From Streptomyces sp. enrichment culture (GTDB lineage: Bacteria; Actinomycetota; Actinomycetes; Streptomycetales; Streptomycetaceae), in assembly GCF_964273255.1 (NCBI RefSeq), contig NZ_OZ186835.1, positions 1,555,413-1,619,412 on the forward strand: DNA of 64,000 bases, in the 5' to 3' direction. Both the position numbers and the translations under genes were made by a program. Under the pieces are notes generated by a model. That model worked only from the letters and a program-made list of their open reading frames with translations. It had not been told where the DNA came from and did not search any database. Shown piece after piece: positions 18,897 to 28,853 of the stretch (its first letter is position 1; the number at the start of each line of letters is the position of its first letter).

Positions 18897-19994
18897 ATGG
18901 ACGAGGCCGAGAACCGCGCGGAGGACGACGCGGCGGACGACGCGCGGGACGGTACGGGGGCCGGTACGGGGGCCGGGGCACCGGGCGGCACAGGCGATCA
19001 GGCGGAAGGCGACCGCGCGGACGGCACGAGGGCCGACGCGGAGGTTACGGGGGCCGGAGCACCGGACGGCACGGGGGCCGGGGCGGAGGGCGCCGCGGGT
19101 TCGTCGCTGGACCGTCTGGCCTCGGTCAACCTCAACCTGCTGGTGCCCCTCCTCGCGCTCCTGGAGGAGCGCTCGGTCACCCGTGCCGCGGCGCGGGTCG
19201 GCCTCTCCCAGCCCGCGATGAGTCACGCCCTGGCGCGGATGCGGCGGCTGCTGGACGACGACCTCGTCGTCCGGCAGGGGCCGGGCGTCACCCTGACCCC
19301 GAAGGCCACCCAGCTCCTGGCCCCGCTGCGCAGCGTGCTGCAGCAGACGGCGCACATCGTCGACCTGCCCTCCTTCGACCCCGCCACGGACCACCGGGTC
19401 GTCACGGTGGCCATGACGAACAGCACCGCCTTCGTCATGGGCCCGCACCTCATCCGGCTGGTCTCCGAACGGGCGCCGGGCGTGACCCTGCGGCTGCGCA
19501 CCATCACGGTGCCCACCGAGGCGACCTTCACCGACCAGGGCGTCGACGTCGTCCTCATCTCCGAGGCGCACTTCGCCCCGCACCCGCGCGAACGTCTCTA
19601 CGACGACCGCGTGGTGGTCGTGGCCGGCGCGGACGCCCGGCCGGAAGAGAGCACCCTGGACCTGCTGACGGGCCGCCCCCACATCGTCGTCGACACCGAA
19701 CGGCGGGTGTTCCCGTACTCGGTGCTGGAGGACCACGGAGTCCCCTACCGGGTCGGCCTGCGGGTCTCCGACTTCCTGCTCGTGCCGGTCCTGGTCGCCC
19801 GCGCCGGGGGCGTCGCCCTCTTCCGGTACCGGGTCGCCGCGGCCATGCGGACGCTGGCCGACCTGCGGATCGAGGAGTTCCCGTTCCCGCTGCCCGGTCT
19901 CGGGATCGACATGGTGTGGAACCCGCGCTCGGGCGACCAGGAGTTCGTCGCCTGGTTCCGCACCCTGCTCCGGGACGCCGCCGCGCAGCTCTGA
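18897..19994 (+). CDS. LysR family regulator (NodD/NahR-like) with low-complexity N-terminal extension
   Basis: LNLLVPLLALLEERSVTRAAARVGLSQPAMSHALARMR HTH. Start uncertain. Confidence 0.85.
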   Translation: MDEAENRAEDDAADDARDGTGAGTGAGAPGGTGDQAEGDRADGTRADAEVTGAGAPDGTGAGAEGAAGSSLDRLASVNLNLLVPLLALLEERSVTRAAARVGLSQPAMSHALARMRRLLDDDLVVRQGPGVTLTPKATQLLAPLRSVLQQTAHIVDLPSFDPATDHRVVTVAMTNSTAFVMGPHLIRLVSERAPGVTLRLRTITVPTEATFTDQGVDVVLISEAHFAPHPRERLYDDRVVVVAGADARPEESTLDLLTGRPHIVVDTERRVFPYSVLEDHGVPYRVGLRVSDFLLVPVLVARAGGVALFRYRVAAAMRTLADLRIEEFPFPLPGLGIDMVWNPRSGDQEFVAWFRTLLRDAAAQL

Positions 19995-20214
19995 CGGGCG
20001 CCGGTGACGCCCTGGAACCCCGGGCAGGGGCGGGATGGCTCGCGCCGCCGCCCCGGGGCGCCCGGCACTGCCCCGGGCGCCCGGGGCCGCCCTGGGTGCC
20101 GGCGGCTGCTCCGGGTGCCGGCCGCTGCTGCGGGTGTCGGCGGCTGCTCCGGGCGCCGGCGGCTCGCCGGGGCGTGGTGCGGCGGGACGGGGCGCGTGGT
20201 GGGGCGGGCGGGGA

Positions 20215-20289
20215 CCTGTGGCGCGGTGTGGCGGGACGGGGCCTGTGGCGCGGTGTGGCGGGACGGGGCCTGTGGCGCGGTGCGGCGGA
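20215..20289. repeat. 27-bp tandem repeat CCTGTGGCGCGGTGTGGCGGGACGGGG (about 2.7 copies)
   Basis: Head-to-tail copies at 20215 and 20242, partial copy at 20269; intergenic. Confidence 0.85.
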
Positions 20290-20451
20290 CGAATCGTCGT
20301 GGGCCGGGTGGGACCGGCCTGAGCGGCTCGGTGTGCGGCAGGCCCGCTGAGAGGCCAGGCCACGCGAGGCCCGGTGAGAGGCCACACCAGGCCCGGTGAG
20401 ACCCGGTCAGGTCGAGTCAGGCCAGGGCAGGGCAGGCCCGGTCAGGTCAGG

Positions 20452-21060
20452 TCAGGTCAGGAGCCGTACCCAGCTCTCGCCGAGTTCGTCCAGCATCTGG
20501 TCCCGGCTGAGCTTCCAGTCGGCGCGGTGCCAGTTCTGGGCGACGAAGTCCAACTGGGCCATCGCGAGGACGCCGCGGAAGCGGCGCTGGTGCGGTTCGA
20601 AGCGGCCCGCGCGGTCCAGACCGTCCTCGATGTCGCTGATCGCCTCCTCCAGCCAGCCCTCCACCAGGTCGGTGAGCTCCGGATCGACCACGGCGGCGGC
20701 GCGCCCGGCACGGATGATGGGCCGGATGTCCGGCCACCGCTCGGCGGTCTGCCGCAGCCACGCCGCGATCGCCTCCGGTGTGCCCTCGGCGACGGTCGCG
20801 ACCAGGTCGTGGGCCGTGGAACCGTGTTCGGCGGAACGGACCCGGCGCAGCGCCTCGTTGAGCCGCTCGTCGATGAGCGCCCTCATCAGCTCGCTGCGGG
20901 AGGGGAAGTACGCGTAGAAGGTGACGCGCGTGGTGCCCGCGGCGGTCGCGATGTCGTCCACCGTGGTGCCGGCGTACCCCTTCGCGTCGAAGAGTTCGAG
21001 CGCCGATTCCAGCAGCAGACGGCGCGTCATCTGCTTGTGCGCTTCACGAAGGTTCGCCAT
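20452..21060 (-). CDS. TetR family regulator
   Basis: LELFDAKGYAGTTVDDIATAAGTTRVTFYAYFPSR. A -10 TAGGAT lies 7 nt before the ATG (probably leaderless). Confidence 0.92.
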   Translation of the reverse strand: MANLREAHKQMTRRLLLESALELFDAKGYAGTTVDDIATAAGTTRVTFYAYFPSRSELMRALIDERLNEALRRVRSAEHGSTAHDLVATVAEGTPEAIAAWLRQTAERWPDIRPIIRAGRAAAVVDPELTDLVEGWLEEAISDIEDGLDRAGRFEPHQRRFRGVLAMAQLDFVAQNWHRADWKLSRDQMLDELGESWVRLLT

Positions 21061-21399
21061 GCCCCGGATCCTAACGCGCGGCTCTGCCCGCCGAACGGGC
21101 GGACCGACACCACTCCACACGTTACGTAAGCCTTCCTTACAGACTGTGCAGGGCGGGCGGCCACGAACCGGTCCGCCCCCTGAGGCGACATGCGGAAACC
21201 TTGCCTTACGGAGCAGTTGCTTACTTTAGGGCATGCTCAAAGCATTGACGCCACGTAAAGCCAATGCCATTCTCCACGGCATCACGCCCGACCCGCTGTC
21301 GTGCCCTTCCCCCACCGCGACCGCCGGGCTGTCGCCTCACGGCTCTCCAGGCTCCCGTTCCCGGGACGCCCTCTTTCCCCAGCCATGGAGATCACAGCA

Positions 21400-23034
21400 A
21401 TGACCGTCAACAACGGGACGTCGACGTCCCAGGGCCCAACCGCGGGGGCTGTCCGGATGCCGGGCTACGCGGGCACGCTGGCCGCCGCCTGTGGCGCGGT
21501 GTTCGTCGCCCAGGTCGCGAACGCGCTGCCGGCCTCGCTGAACGGACTGTTCCAGCAGGACCTCAACACCCACGGATCCCAGCTCACCTGGATCACCGCG
21601 ACCTTCATGATCGCGGTGGTCTGCTTCGAGTTCACCTTCGGTGTCCTCGGTGACCTCTTCGGCCGCCGGCGTCTGGTCGTCGCCGGTACCGCCCTGGTCG
21701 TGGCGGGCAGCTCCGTGGCCGCGCTCGCGCCCACCGTGCAGGTCCTGTGGGTCGGTGCCGCCCTCAACGGCCTCGGCGCCGGAGCCATGTTCCCCGGCTC
21801 GCTGACCGCGATCACCGCGGTCACCCGCACCAAGCGGGAACGCGCGCACGCGGTCGCCCTGTGGAGCGGCTTCCTGTCGGCCGGTGCCGCCCTCTCCCCG
21901 CTGCTCGGCGGCATGTTCGCCAAGGTCGGCTCGTGGCGCGGCTCGTTCTGGGTGCTCGTGGGGCTCGCCCTGGTCAGCATGGTGGTCACCGCCCTGCTGG
22001 CGACGGAGTCCAAGGCCCCCGAGGGCCGCAAGCTGGACGTCCCGGGCCAGATCACCTTCGCCCTCGGCCTGATCCTCGTCCTGTACGGCGCCGTCGAGGG
22101 CCCCGAGTCGGGCTGGACCACCCTGCCCGTCATGCTCGCCTTCGGCCTCGGCGCCTGCTTCCTGGCCGGGTTCGTCCTGGTGGAGCTGGGTGCCGAGTCA
22201 CCGATCTTCGACCTGAAGCTGTTCCGCAACCGGGCCTTCACCGTGTCGTCCGTCGTCGCGGTGATCGGCATGCTGGCCTTCCTCGGCGCCTGCTTCGCGA
22301 CGAGCATGTGGCTCGGCCCCGTCCAGCACCAGGACCCGCTCCGCGTGGCGGTGCCCTTCCTGCTCCTCCAGGGCCCCGCCTTCCTGCTCATCCCCGTCGT
22401 CTCGCGCCTGCTGCACCGGGTCGCCCCGGCCTGGCTGCTCACCTCCGGGTTCCTGGTGATGGCGGCGGGCTGCCTGCTGGCCACCCGGCTCGACGTCACC
22501 GACACGAGCCTCGGCGCGTTCGTCGCCCCGGCCCTGCTCATCGGCGTCGGCTTCGCCTGCACCGTCAGCTCGGTGACGGCCGTGGCGCTGAACAGCGTCC
22601 CGCTGCACCTGGCGGGCATGGCCAGCGCCACCACCAACATGCTGCGCGACCTCGGCTTCGTCCTCGGTCCCGTGGTCGTCAGCGCCGTCGCCCTGAGCAA
22701 CGCGGGCTCGGCCTTCATGTCCGGCCTCGCCGGCGCGGACCTGCCCGCCGACCAGATGGCCGCCGCACGGCAGATCGCCGAGGCCGGCGGACCCATCGCC
22801 GTGAACAGCCTGCCGCCGGGCGCCCCCGGCTCCGCCGCCCACGGTGTCGCCCTGGAGGCCCTGGGCAGCGGCTTCCACACGGCCTACCTGGTGTGCGGGG
22901 TGGCGGCCCTCGTCGCCGCGGGCCTGACCGCCTTCGGCATGCTCGGCATCCGCTCGGAGCGCTCCACCGAGGAGGCGGCCCAGGCCGCCTCGGCAGCCGG
23001 CCACGACGGCACCCCGGCCCCGGCAGCGGTCTGA
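21400..23034 (+). CDS. MFS transporter (DHA2-like, 14 TM)
   Basis: LGDLFGRRR motif A, PLLGG motif C, many TM helices; GGAG RBS; divergent from TetR. Confidence 0.9.
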   Translation: MTVNNGTSTSQGPTAGAVRMPGYAGTLAAACGAVFVAQVANALPASLNGLFQQDLNTHGSQLTWITATFMIAVVCFEFTFGVLGDLFGRRRLVVAGTALVVAGSSVAALAPTVQVLWVGAALNGLGAGAMFPGSLTAITAVTRTKRERAHAVALWSGFLSAGAALSPLLGGMFAKVGSWRGSFWVLVGLALVSMVVTALLATESKAPEGRKLDVPGQITFALGLILVLYGAVEGPESGWTTLPVMLAFGLGACFLAGFVLVELGAESPIFDLKLFRNRAFTVSSVVAVIGMLAFLGACFATSMWLGPVQHQDPLRVAVPFLLLQGPAFLLIPVVSRLLHRVAPAWLLTSGFLVMAAGCLLATRLDVTDTSLGAFVAPALLIGVGFACTVSSVTAVALNSVPLHLAGMASATTNMLRDLGFVLGPVVVSAVALSNAGSAFMSGLAGADLPADQMAAARQIAEAGGPIAVNSLPPGAPGSAAHGVALEALGSGFHTAYLVCGVAALVAAGLTAFGMLGIRSERSTEEAAQAASAAGHDGTPAPAAV

Positions 23035-23214
23035 GTCACACCTCGTCCGAGCTGTACCGTCCGGGCCGCGGGCCGCGCCGTGCGAGCCGCGAGCCGCATC
23101 GTCCGAGCCGCGCCGTGCGAGCCACCCCGGCCCCACGCCCCCGAGGGGCACGCCCCCTGGGGTCGGGGCGGGCGGACGGCACCGGGCCCGTCGCCCGGTG
23201 CCGTCCGCACCCGT

Positions 23215-23727
23215 TCACGGCACTCGCGCGTCGGGGTGCTCCGGCAGGGCGAGCCAGTCCGACCAGGAGATGTCGCGGCCGAGGAAGCGCGGCTGCTGGA
23301 ACGGCCAGTCGGCGGCGATCCACTGCGGCACCAGCGCGTCGAGGGCCTGCTCGACCTCGCTGCCCACCAGGTCGTCCACCACCCACCAGGAGATCTCGCC
23401 GTCCGCGCCGGCCCTCTCCGGCGGGTCGATGTAGACACACCCGAGCAGGGCCGTCTCCGCCGCGTCGAACAGCGCGTAGTTGAAGGACTGGTGCGCGGCG
23501 ATCTCCTGCTCGTGGCGCACCAGGTCGGCCCGGTCGGCCTCGTAGGTCATGGTGGCCGCGGGCCAGCCCCAGGCCGGGCCGAAGATGGTCCACAGCCGCT
23601 CACGCGAACCCATCACGGCCGGATAGTCGAGCGGGGTGTCCGCCTCCCGGATCGGCCGCAGATGATGACCACCGCCCGGCAGCGGTACCTGGACGGGGTG
23701 GACGAAGTCCTCGGGAAGCCAGCTCAT
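23215..23727 (-). CDS. GNAT-like N-acetyltransferase family protein
   Basis: HLRPIREAD...SFNYALFD...LLGCVYIDPP resembles a common actinobacterial GNAT-like family. Confidence 0.65.
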   Translation of the reverse strand: MSWLPEDFVHPVQVPLPGGGHHLRPIREADTPLDYPAVMGSRERLWTIFGPAWGWPAATMTYEADRADLVRHEQEIAAHQSFNYALFDAAETALLGCVYIDPPERAGADGEISWWVVDDLVGSEVEQALDALVPQWIAADWPFQQPRFLGRDISWSDWLALPEHPDARVP

Positions 23728-23794
23728 GGCGCCCGACCGTAACAGCGCACGGTCGCCCGCTCCCTCGATTTTCTCCCGCCCACCGCCGGGTCCG

Positions 23795-23875
23795 ATCCCA
23801 TGCCGGACCGGGCCGGGTCCAATCCCATGCCGGGCCGGGCCGGGCCCAATCCCATGCCGGGCCGGGCCGGGCCCA
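23795..23875. repeat. 27-bp tandem repeat ATCCCATGCCGGGCCGGGCCGGGCCCA (3 copies)
   Basis: Copies at 23795, 23822 and 23849, followed by short GGCCCGGTG repeats near 23960-24020. Confidence 0.85.
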
Positions 23876-24046
23876 TGATCACCCGATCAGGGCTCCTGTC
23901 CGATCGACGGCCGTCATGATCGGCACGGCGGCGAGACCTCGGAGCCTGAGGCTCGATGGCCCGATGGCCCGGTGACCCCGGTGGTCCGGTGGCCCGGTGG
24001 CCCGGTAGCCCGGTGGCCCCGGGGAATTGCGCACGCGACGCAGCCA

Positions 24047-25522
24047 CTACCGGTCCCCCGTCCGCCCCAGCAGGGTGACGAACCCGTCCGGACCGCGCAC
24101 CGCGCGGCACCCCGTGCGCAGCCAGCCGCCCGCCCGGCGGCCCTGGTCGTCGCCGATCTGCGGTCCGTGCAGCAGCAGTTCACCGGCGTGGCCCGGCAGC
24201 GCCTCCACGCCCGCGAACCCCTCGACGGCGATCCGGGCCCGGGTGCGCGGCAGGGCCACTCCCGCCGTCCCCGGGCGGGCGCCGTCGGTGAGCGGGTTGG
24301 CCAGGGCGACGCCCGCGGCGGCGGTGGGCCCGTACGCCTCCACGACGCGGGCGCCCACCGCCGCCCGTAACCGCTCGCCGGTGGTGACGTCCAGCGGAGC
24401 CGTGACGATGGTGCGCACCGCGGCCAGCGCCTGCCGTTCCCGGGCGGAGCACGCCAGGAGCCGGCCCAGTGCGGCGGGCGGGGCCACCAGCACGGTGGGC
24501 GTGTGCCGGCGCGCCGCCCGCAGCACGCCCGACGGGTCGCCGCCGGGCGCCAGCACCGTGCGGAACCCGGCCAGCAGGGCCGCCGTCACCAGGACGATCC
24601 CCCGGGCGTCGGACAGCGGGACCAGGGAGAGCAGACGGGGCCGGCGCGGCAACGGGCCGGTGTGCCACGCCACGATCTGGTGGGCCGCCGCCACGATCGC
24701 GCGGTGCGGCAGTGAGATCCGGGTGCCGTCCCGCCGGTGCACGACGACGGCGACGTCGTCGGGTTCGGGCCCGCCGGACCAGTCCCAGTCCCGTACCGGG
24801 TCCGGCCGCGAGCCGCCCGCCCGCCGGTCGAGGTCCCGGTAGGACACGATGTCCACCGGCCCGCGCCGCGCCGGGACGGCCCGCGGGCCGACGCCGGTGT
24901 GCACCGGCCTCGAACTCGTGCGCTGGGCGGGGATGTTCGGGACGGTCGCGGCGGGCCGGACGGCCGCGGCCGGTTCCGCGACCGGCTCCCCCGCGACCGG
25001 CTTCCCCGCTTCCTCCCGCCCCCCGGTCCGGGAGGAAGCGCCCGCCCTCCTGCCCTCCGCGGCGACCGGGACGGTCACCACGGCGCGCAGGAGCGCGCGG
25101 TCCGCGCGAGCGGCCACCTCGGACAGCCGGTCCTCCGGGACGGCGGCCACCGCCGCGTGCGCCAGGGCCCGCCCGGGATCACGAATGCTCCCGGGTACGA
25201 CGACCACGCCGAGCCGCCACGCGGCGTGGCACAGCACCACCGCCTCCGGGCAGTCCGGCAGCAGCAGCGCCAGGTGGTCGCCGCGCCGCAGGCCCAGCCG
25301 GGACAGTGCCGGGGCGAGTCGTGCGGCCGTCCGGCGCAGCGCGCGGAAGCCGGTACGGTGCCCCCGGGCGGCCAGGGCCGTGCGTCCCCCGTACCTGCGG
25401 GCCGCGCCGTCGAGCAGGTCGGGCAGCGTCTCCCGGGGCACGGGCAGGGACCACGGGACGCCGTGCGGGTAGAAGCCCACGCCGGGTTCCTCGGCGGGCC
25501 GTCGCTCGAACAGATCCGTCAT
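24047..25522 (-). CDS. Degenerate/truncated AMP-binding (acyl-CoA ligase-like) protein
   Basis: Long-chain FadD-like N-terminus (FYPHGVPWSL, LALLLPDCP), VVEAYG, GELLLHGPQ, GWLRTG. P-loop is degenerate and the ORF stops at the hinge (GRTGDR*). Confidence 0.7.
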   Translation of the reverse strand: MTDLFERRPAEEPGVGFYPHGVPWSLPVPRETLPDLLDGAARRYGGRTALAARGHRTGFRALRRTAARLAPALSRLGLRRGDHLALLLPDCPEAVVLCHAAWRLGVVVVPGSIRDPGRALAHAAVAAVPEDRLSEVAARADRALLRAVVTVPVAAEGRRAGASSRTGGREEAGKPVAGEPVAEPAAAVRPAATVPNIPAQRTSSRPVHTGVGPRAVPARRGPVDIVSYRDLDRRAGGSRPDPVRDWDWSGGPEPDDVAVVVHRRDGTRISLPHRAIVAAAHQIVAWHTGPLPRRPRLLSLVPLSDARGIVLVTAALLAGFRTVLAPGGDPSGVLRAARRHTPTVLVAPPAALGRLLACSARERQALAAVRTIVTAPLDVTTGERLRAAVGARVVEAYGPTAAAGVALANPLTDGARPGTAGVALPRTRARIAVEGFAGVEALPGHAGELLLHGPQIGDDQGRRAGGWLRTGCRAVRGPDGFVTLLGRTGDR

Positions 25523-25708
25523 GCCGGGATGGTGGCCCATGGCACGCTGTGCCCACTTGTGTGCGGACGCGCAGGGACGAACCGTATCGTTGTCACTTGC
25601 ATAACAAGCATCGCTGCCGGATCTGTCGGACACCGACGGGCCCGGGGACTTACTCCCCGGTAAGGTCACGGGGCCCGCCTTTGATGTCCCTGACACCGAG
25701 GGAGCCCC

Positions 25709-26926
25709 ATGGACGACGCCCGCACCAGGATCCCGCACGGACCGGATCACGCCCGCACCACGGACCTCCCGGCTGAACTCCAGGACCACCTGCGGCCATT
25801 CCTCCGTGAGATCACCGAGGACGTCGTACAGGCCATCCGCACCGAGATCCCCGAGTACGCCCGGCCGACGGACGAGACGTACATGCACGTGGTCAACCGG
25901 GGCGTCGAACAGGCCCTGGAGGGCTTCCTGTCCCGCCTGTCCGGCTCGGGGGCCGACTGGGACGACGTCAGGGCCACGTACCGGCGCATCGGGCAGGGCG
26001 AGGCCGACGAGGGGCGCAGCCTCGACTCCTTCCAGGCGGCGCTGCGGCTCGGCGCGCGGGTGACCTGGCGCCGGGTGAGCGAACTCGTCGACGTCCACCG
26101 GCTGCCGCCGCAGGAACTCATCGCGTTCGGCGAAACCATGTTCCTGCACCTGGACGAGATGGCGGCCGCCACCACCAGCGGCTACACCGAGGCCCGGTTG
26201 CACGCCGCCGGCGAACTCCAGCAGCGGCGCAGCCGGTTGATCGACCTGCTGACCGGTGACGCGGCCGTCTCCCCCGAGGCGGTCGCCGAGCTCGCCCGCA
26301 CCGCGCAGTGGCCGCTCCCCCGGGACATCGCCGTCGTCGTCACGGAGCACACCGGGGAGCCCGACACCGTCAACCGCATCGTGCCGCCGGAGTTCCTCGC
26401 CCGGCTCGACGGCCGGCCGGGCGTTCTCGTGGTGCCGGACCCGGAGGGACCGGGCCGCGAACGGGCCGTCGCCGGGGTCTTACGCGGCCTGCGGGGCGCG
26501 CTCGGCCCCACCGTCCCGCTCGACGCGGGCGCCCGCTCGCTGCGCTGGGCCCGCGACGCGCTCGACCTCGCGCAGCGCGGCATCCTGCCCGGCAGCGGCC
26601 TCGTCCGGTGCGCCGACCACCTGACCACCCTGCTGCTGTTCCGCGACGAGGAGTTGGTCGACGAACTCGCCCGGCAGCGCCTCGCCCCGCTCGACGCCGT
26701 GCGCTCCCCGCAGCGTGAACGGCTCGCCGAGACGCTGCTGTGCTGGCTCAGCTGTGCCCGCAACGCCAGCGAGGTCGCCCAGCGCCTCGCCGTGCACGCG
26801 CAGACGGTGCGCTACCGGCTGCGCCAGCTGGAGGAGGTGTTCGGCGAGGAACTGCGCGACCCCGCCGCCCAGTTCGAGATGCAGATCGCGCTGCGCGCCC
26901 GCGAACTGCGCCGCTCGGCGGACTGA
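25709..26926 (+). CDS. PucR/CdaR (FasR-like) transcriptional regulator
   Basis: C-terminal LAETLLCWL...NASEVAQRLAVHAQTVRYRLRQLEEVFG HTH; EIPEYARP and GRSLDSFQAALRLGAR N-terminal motifs. Confidence 0.9.
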   Translation: MDDARTRIPHGPDHARTTDLPAELQDHLRPFLREITEDVVQAIRTEIPEYARPTDETYMHVVNRGVEQALEGFLSRLSGSGADWDDVRATYRRIGQGEADEGRSLDSFQAALRLGARVTWRRVSELVDVHRLPPQELIAFGETMFLHLDEMAAATTSGYTEARLHAAGELQQRRSRLIDLLTGDAAVSPEAVAELARTAQWPLPRDIAVVVTEHTGEPDTVNRIVPPEFLARLDGRPGVLVVPDPEGPGRERAVAGVLRGLRGALGPTVPLDAGARSLRWARDALDLAQRGILPGSGLVRCADHLTTLLLFRDEELVDELARQRLAPLDAVRSPQRERLAETLLCWLSCARNASEVAQRLAVHAQTVRYRLRQLEEVFGEELRDPAAQFEMQIALRARELRRSAD

Positions 26927-27039
26927 ACGGCGCACGCCCCGAGGTCGGTCGGCGGACTGAGCCGCGCACGCCCCCGAGGTCGGCCGGCGGACTGAGCCTC
27001 CCTCCTGCGGGCTGAGCCTCACCCGGCGGGGCGGGCGGC

Positions 27040-28068
27040 TCACTCCCCGGTGGACCGCTCGTCGAGCACCGTCACGAAGGCCGAGGCGACCAGGGCGACG
27101 GCGGGATCGTCGTCCCGGGTCAGGTCCCGGAGGACCTCCCGCACGCCGTCCCCCGGCAGCTCGACCAGCGCCTGGACCAGACGGATCCGGGCCGCGGACC
27201 GGGCTGTGGGGGCGGCGAGTTCTGCGGTCAGCGCGGTGGTGATCCGGTCCGCGCAGCCGGGGTCCCGGGACAGTGACGCCAGGGCCTCGGCCGCCTCCAC
27301 GTCGTGGTCTCCCGCGACCACCATGGCGACCAGCACCGGGACGGCGTCCCCGGCGCCGCGCCGCCCGAGCGCCAGCGCCGCGTGCCCGCGCACCGTCGCG
27401 TCCTCGTCCCCGAGCGCGTCCGTCAGCGCCGCGGAGGCCCCTGGCGCGTCCGCCCCCAGCTCGACGACCGCCCGCACCGCCCGACGCCGGACGGCCGCGT
27501 CGTCCGAGTCCAGGCCGGCGGCCAGCGACGCCACCGCCCCGCCGTCGTCGGCCGACCGGGCGAGCGCCCAACGCAGGGCGCCCGCCACGTGCGGATCAGA
27601 CTCCGCGAGGACCGCCTCGGCCAGCAGCTCGGTGGCGCCGTCAGCACCACCGGCCGGGCCGAGCACCGTCTGCTGCCTGCGCGCCGCGCTGGGCGACCCG
27701 AGGCCCTGCATCAGGGCGACGACGCGCAGCACGTCCTGCCAGTCACCGGGCTCCGCCGCGTCGATCGCGCGCAGCCTGTCGAGCAGCTCGCGCTCCCGCT
27801 CCAGCCGGTCCTCCGTCCACCGGATCAGATCACCGACCAGCGCGGACGGGGTGAAGTCAGGATCCTCGAGCGCCCGCCCGATCTGCTGGAGCGAGAGCCC
27901 GAGGGACCGCAGGCTCTGCACGTGGAAGATCCGGCGCACGTCCTCGGCGGAGTACTCCCGGTACCCGCCGACGGTCCGGCCGGTCGGCCGCACCAGCCCG
28001 AGGGCGTCGTAGTGGCGCAGCATCCGGGTGCTCACCCCGGAGTGCCGCGCCACCTCACCGATCAGCAT
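27040..28068 (-). CDS. MerR-family regulator with C-terminal HEAT repeats
   Basis: MLIGEVARHSGVSTRMLRHYDALGLVRP...GYREY, followed by HEAT-like repeats (DAAVRRRAVRA, DATVRGHAALAL). Confidence 0.9.
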   Translation of the reverse strand: MLIGEVARHSGVSTRMLRHYDALGLVRPTGRTVGGYREYSAEDVRRIFHVQSLRSLGLSLQQIGRALEDPDFTPSALVGDLIRWTEDRLERERELLDRLRAIDAAEPGDWQDVLRVVALMQGLGSPSAARRQQTVLGPAGGADGATELLAEAVLAESDPHVAGALRWALARSADDGGAVASLAAGLDSDDAAVRRRAVRAVVELGADAPGASAALTDALGDEDATVRGHAALALGRRGAGDAVPVLVAMVVAGDHDVEAAEALASLSRDPGCADRITTALTAELAAPTARSAARIRLVQALVELPGDGVREVLRDLTRDDDPAVALVASAFVTVLDERSTGE

Positions 28069-28834
28069 GCGGCGCCCCCTCGGAAGCGGCGGCCCCGGCT
28101 GTCCCGCCCCCGTGGTCCCCGACGGGCCGCGCGGTCGCGGCGGCCACCTCCGCGGCGGCGAGCCGTTCCGGTCCGAGGGCGACGACCCGCTTCGCCTCCT
28201 CGACGGCTGCGTCGAACCCGGCCTCCGGGTCCCGGCGCAGCAGCTCGGTGGCCGCGGCGTGGGTGGCCACCTCCGGGTCGGGGTCCGCCGCCGCCTTCTC
28301 CAGAGCGGGCGAAACCGCGTCCCCCAGGTCCACGAGGGCCCGGCTCAGGCTCAGCCGAACGGTCCGGTCGCCCCGCCCGAGCTGCTCCGCGAGCACGTCG
28401 CCCAGGCGGGCCCTCTCCTCCTCGTCCCCGGGCACGAGAGCCACCGCCGTCCGCCACGCGGTGCGCGCCACCTCGTCGTCGGCGTCGTGCAGCAGCGGGC
28501 GCCTGATCCAGGCGTACGCACGACGGTCACCGATCTTGGACAGCGTGTGAAGCGCCTGGCTCCGGGCCTGGGCGCGCCCGGAGTCCAGCTCCGTGCGCAG
28601 CCGGGACAGGGTGAGGTCCGCCGGGAGGCGGATCAGCGCCCAGGTCAGCATGTCCCGCACGAAGAAGTCCGGCTCGACCGCGCACCGCTCGACAAGCGTC
28701 TCCAGCAGGGCGGGGTCCGGCGCCGAACCGGCCGCCATCGCCGCCTGGAGCCGCACCGACGACGTCTCGGCACTCAGGGCGGCGGCCACTCGGGTCTGCT
28801 GCGGGGTTCCGTTGGTCGGGTTGATCGAAACCAC
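28055..28834 (-). CDS. HEAT repeat protein
   Basis: SVRLQAAMAAG, EPDFFVRDMLTWAL, QARSQALHTLSKIGD, DDEVARTAWRTA. Start uncertain. Confidence 0.8.
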   Translation of the reverse strand: MVSINPTNGTPQQTRVAAALSAETSSVRLQAAMAAGSAPDPALLETLVERCAVEPDFFVRDMLTWALIRLPADLTLSRLRTELDSGRAQARSQALHTLSKIGDRRAYAWIRRPLLHDADDEVARTAWRTAVALVPGDEEERARLGDVLAEQLGRGDRTVRLSLSRALVDLGDAVSPALEKAAADPDPEVATHAAATELLRRDPEAGFDAAVEEAKRVVALGPERLAAAEVAAATARPVGDHGGGTAGAAASEGAPHADR

Positions 28835-28853
28835 CTCCTGCACCCAGGGGACA

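Noticed and set aside
21120-21262. TetR operator from recurring CTTAC/GTAAG words
   Set aside because: The words recur, but I found no convincing long dyad; too weak to call.
20215-23875. CRISPR array at the 27-bp repeats
   Set aside because: The repeats are head-to-tail with no unique spacers, and no cas genes are present.
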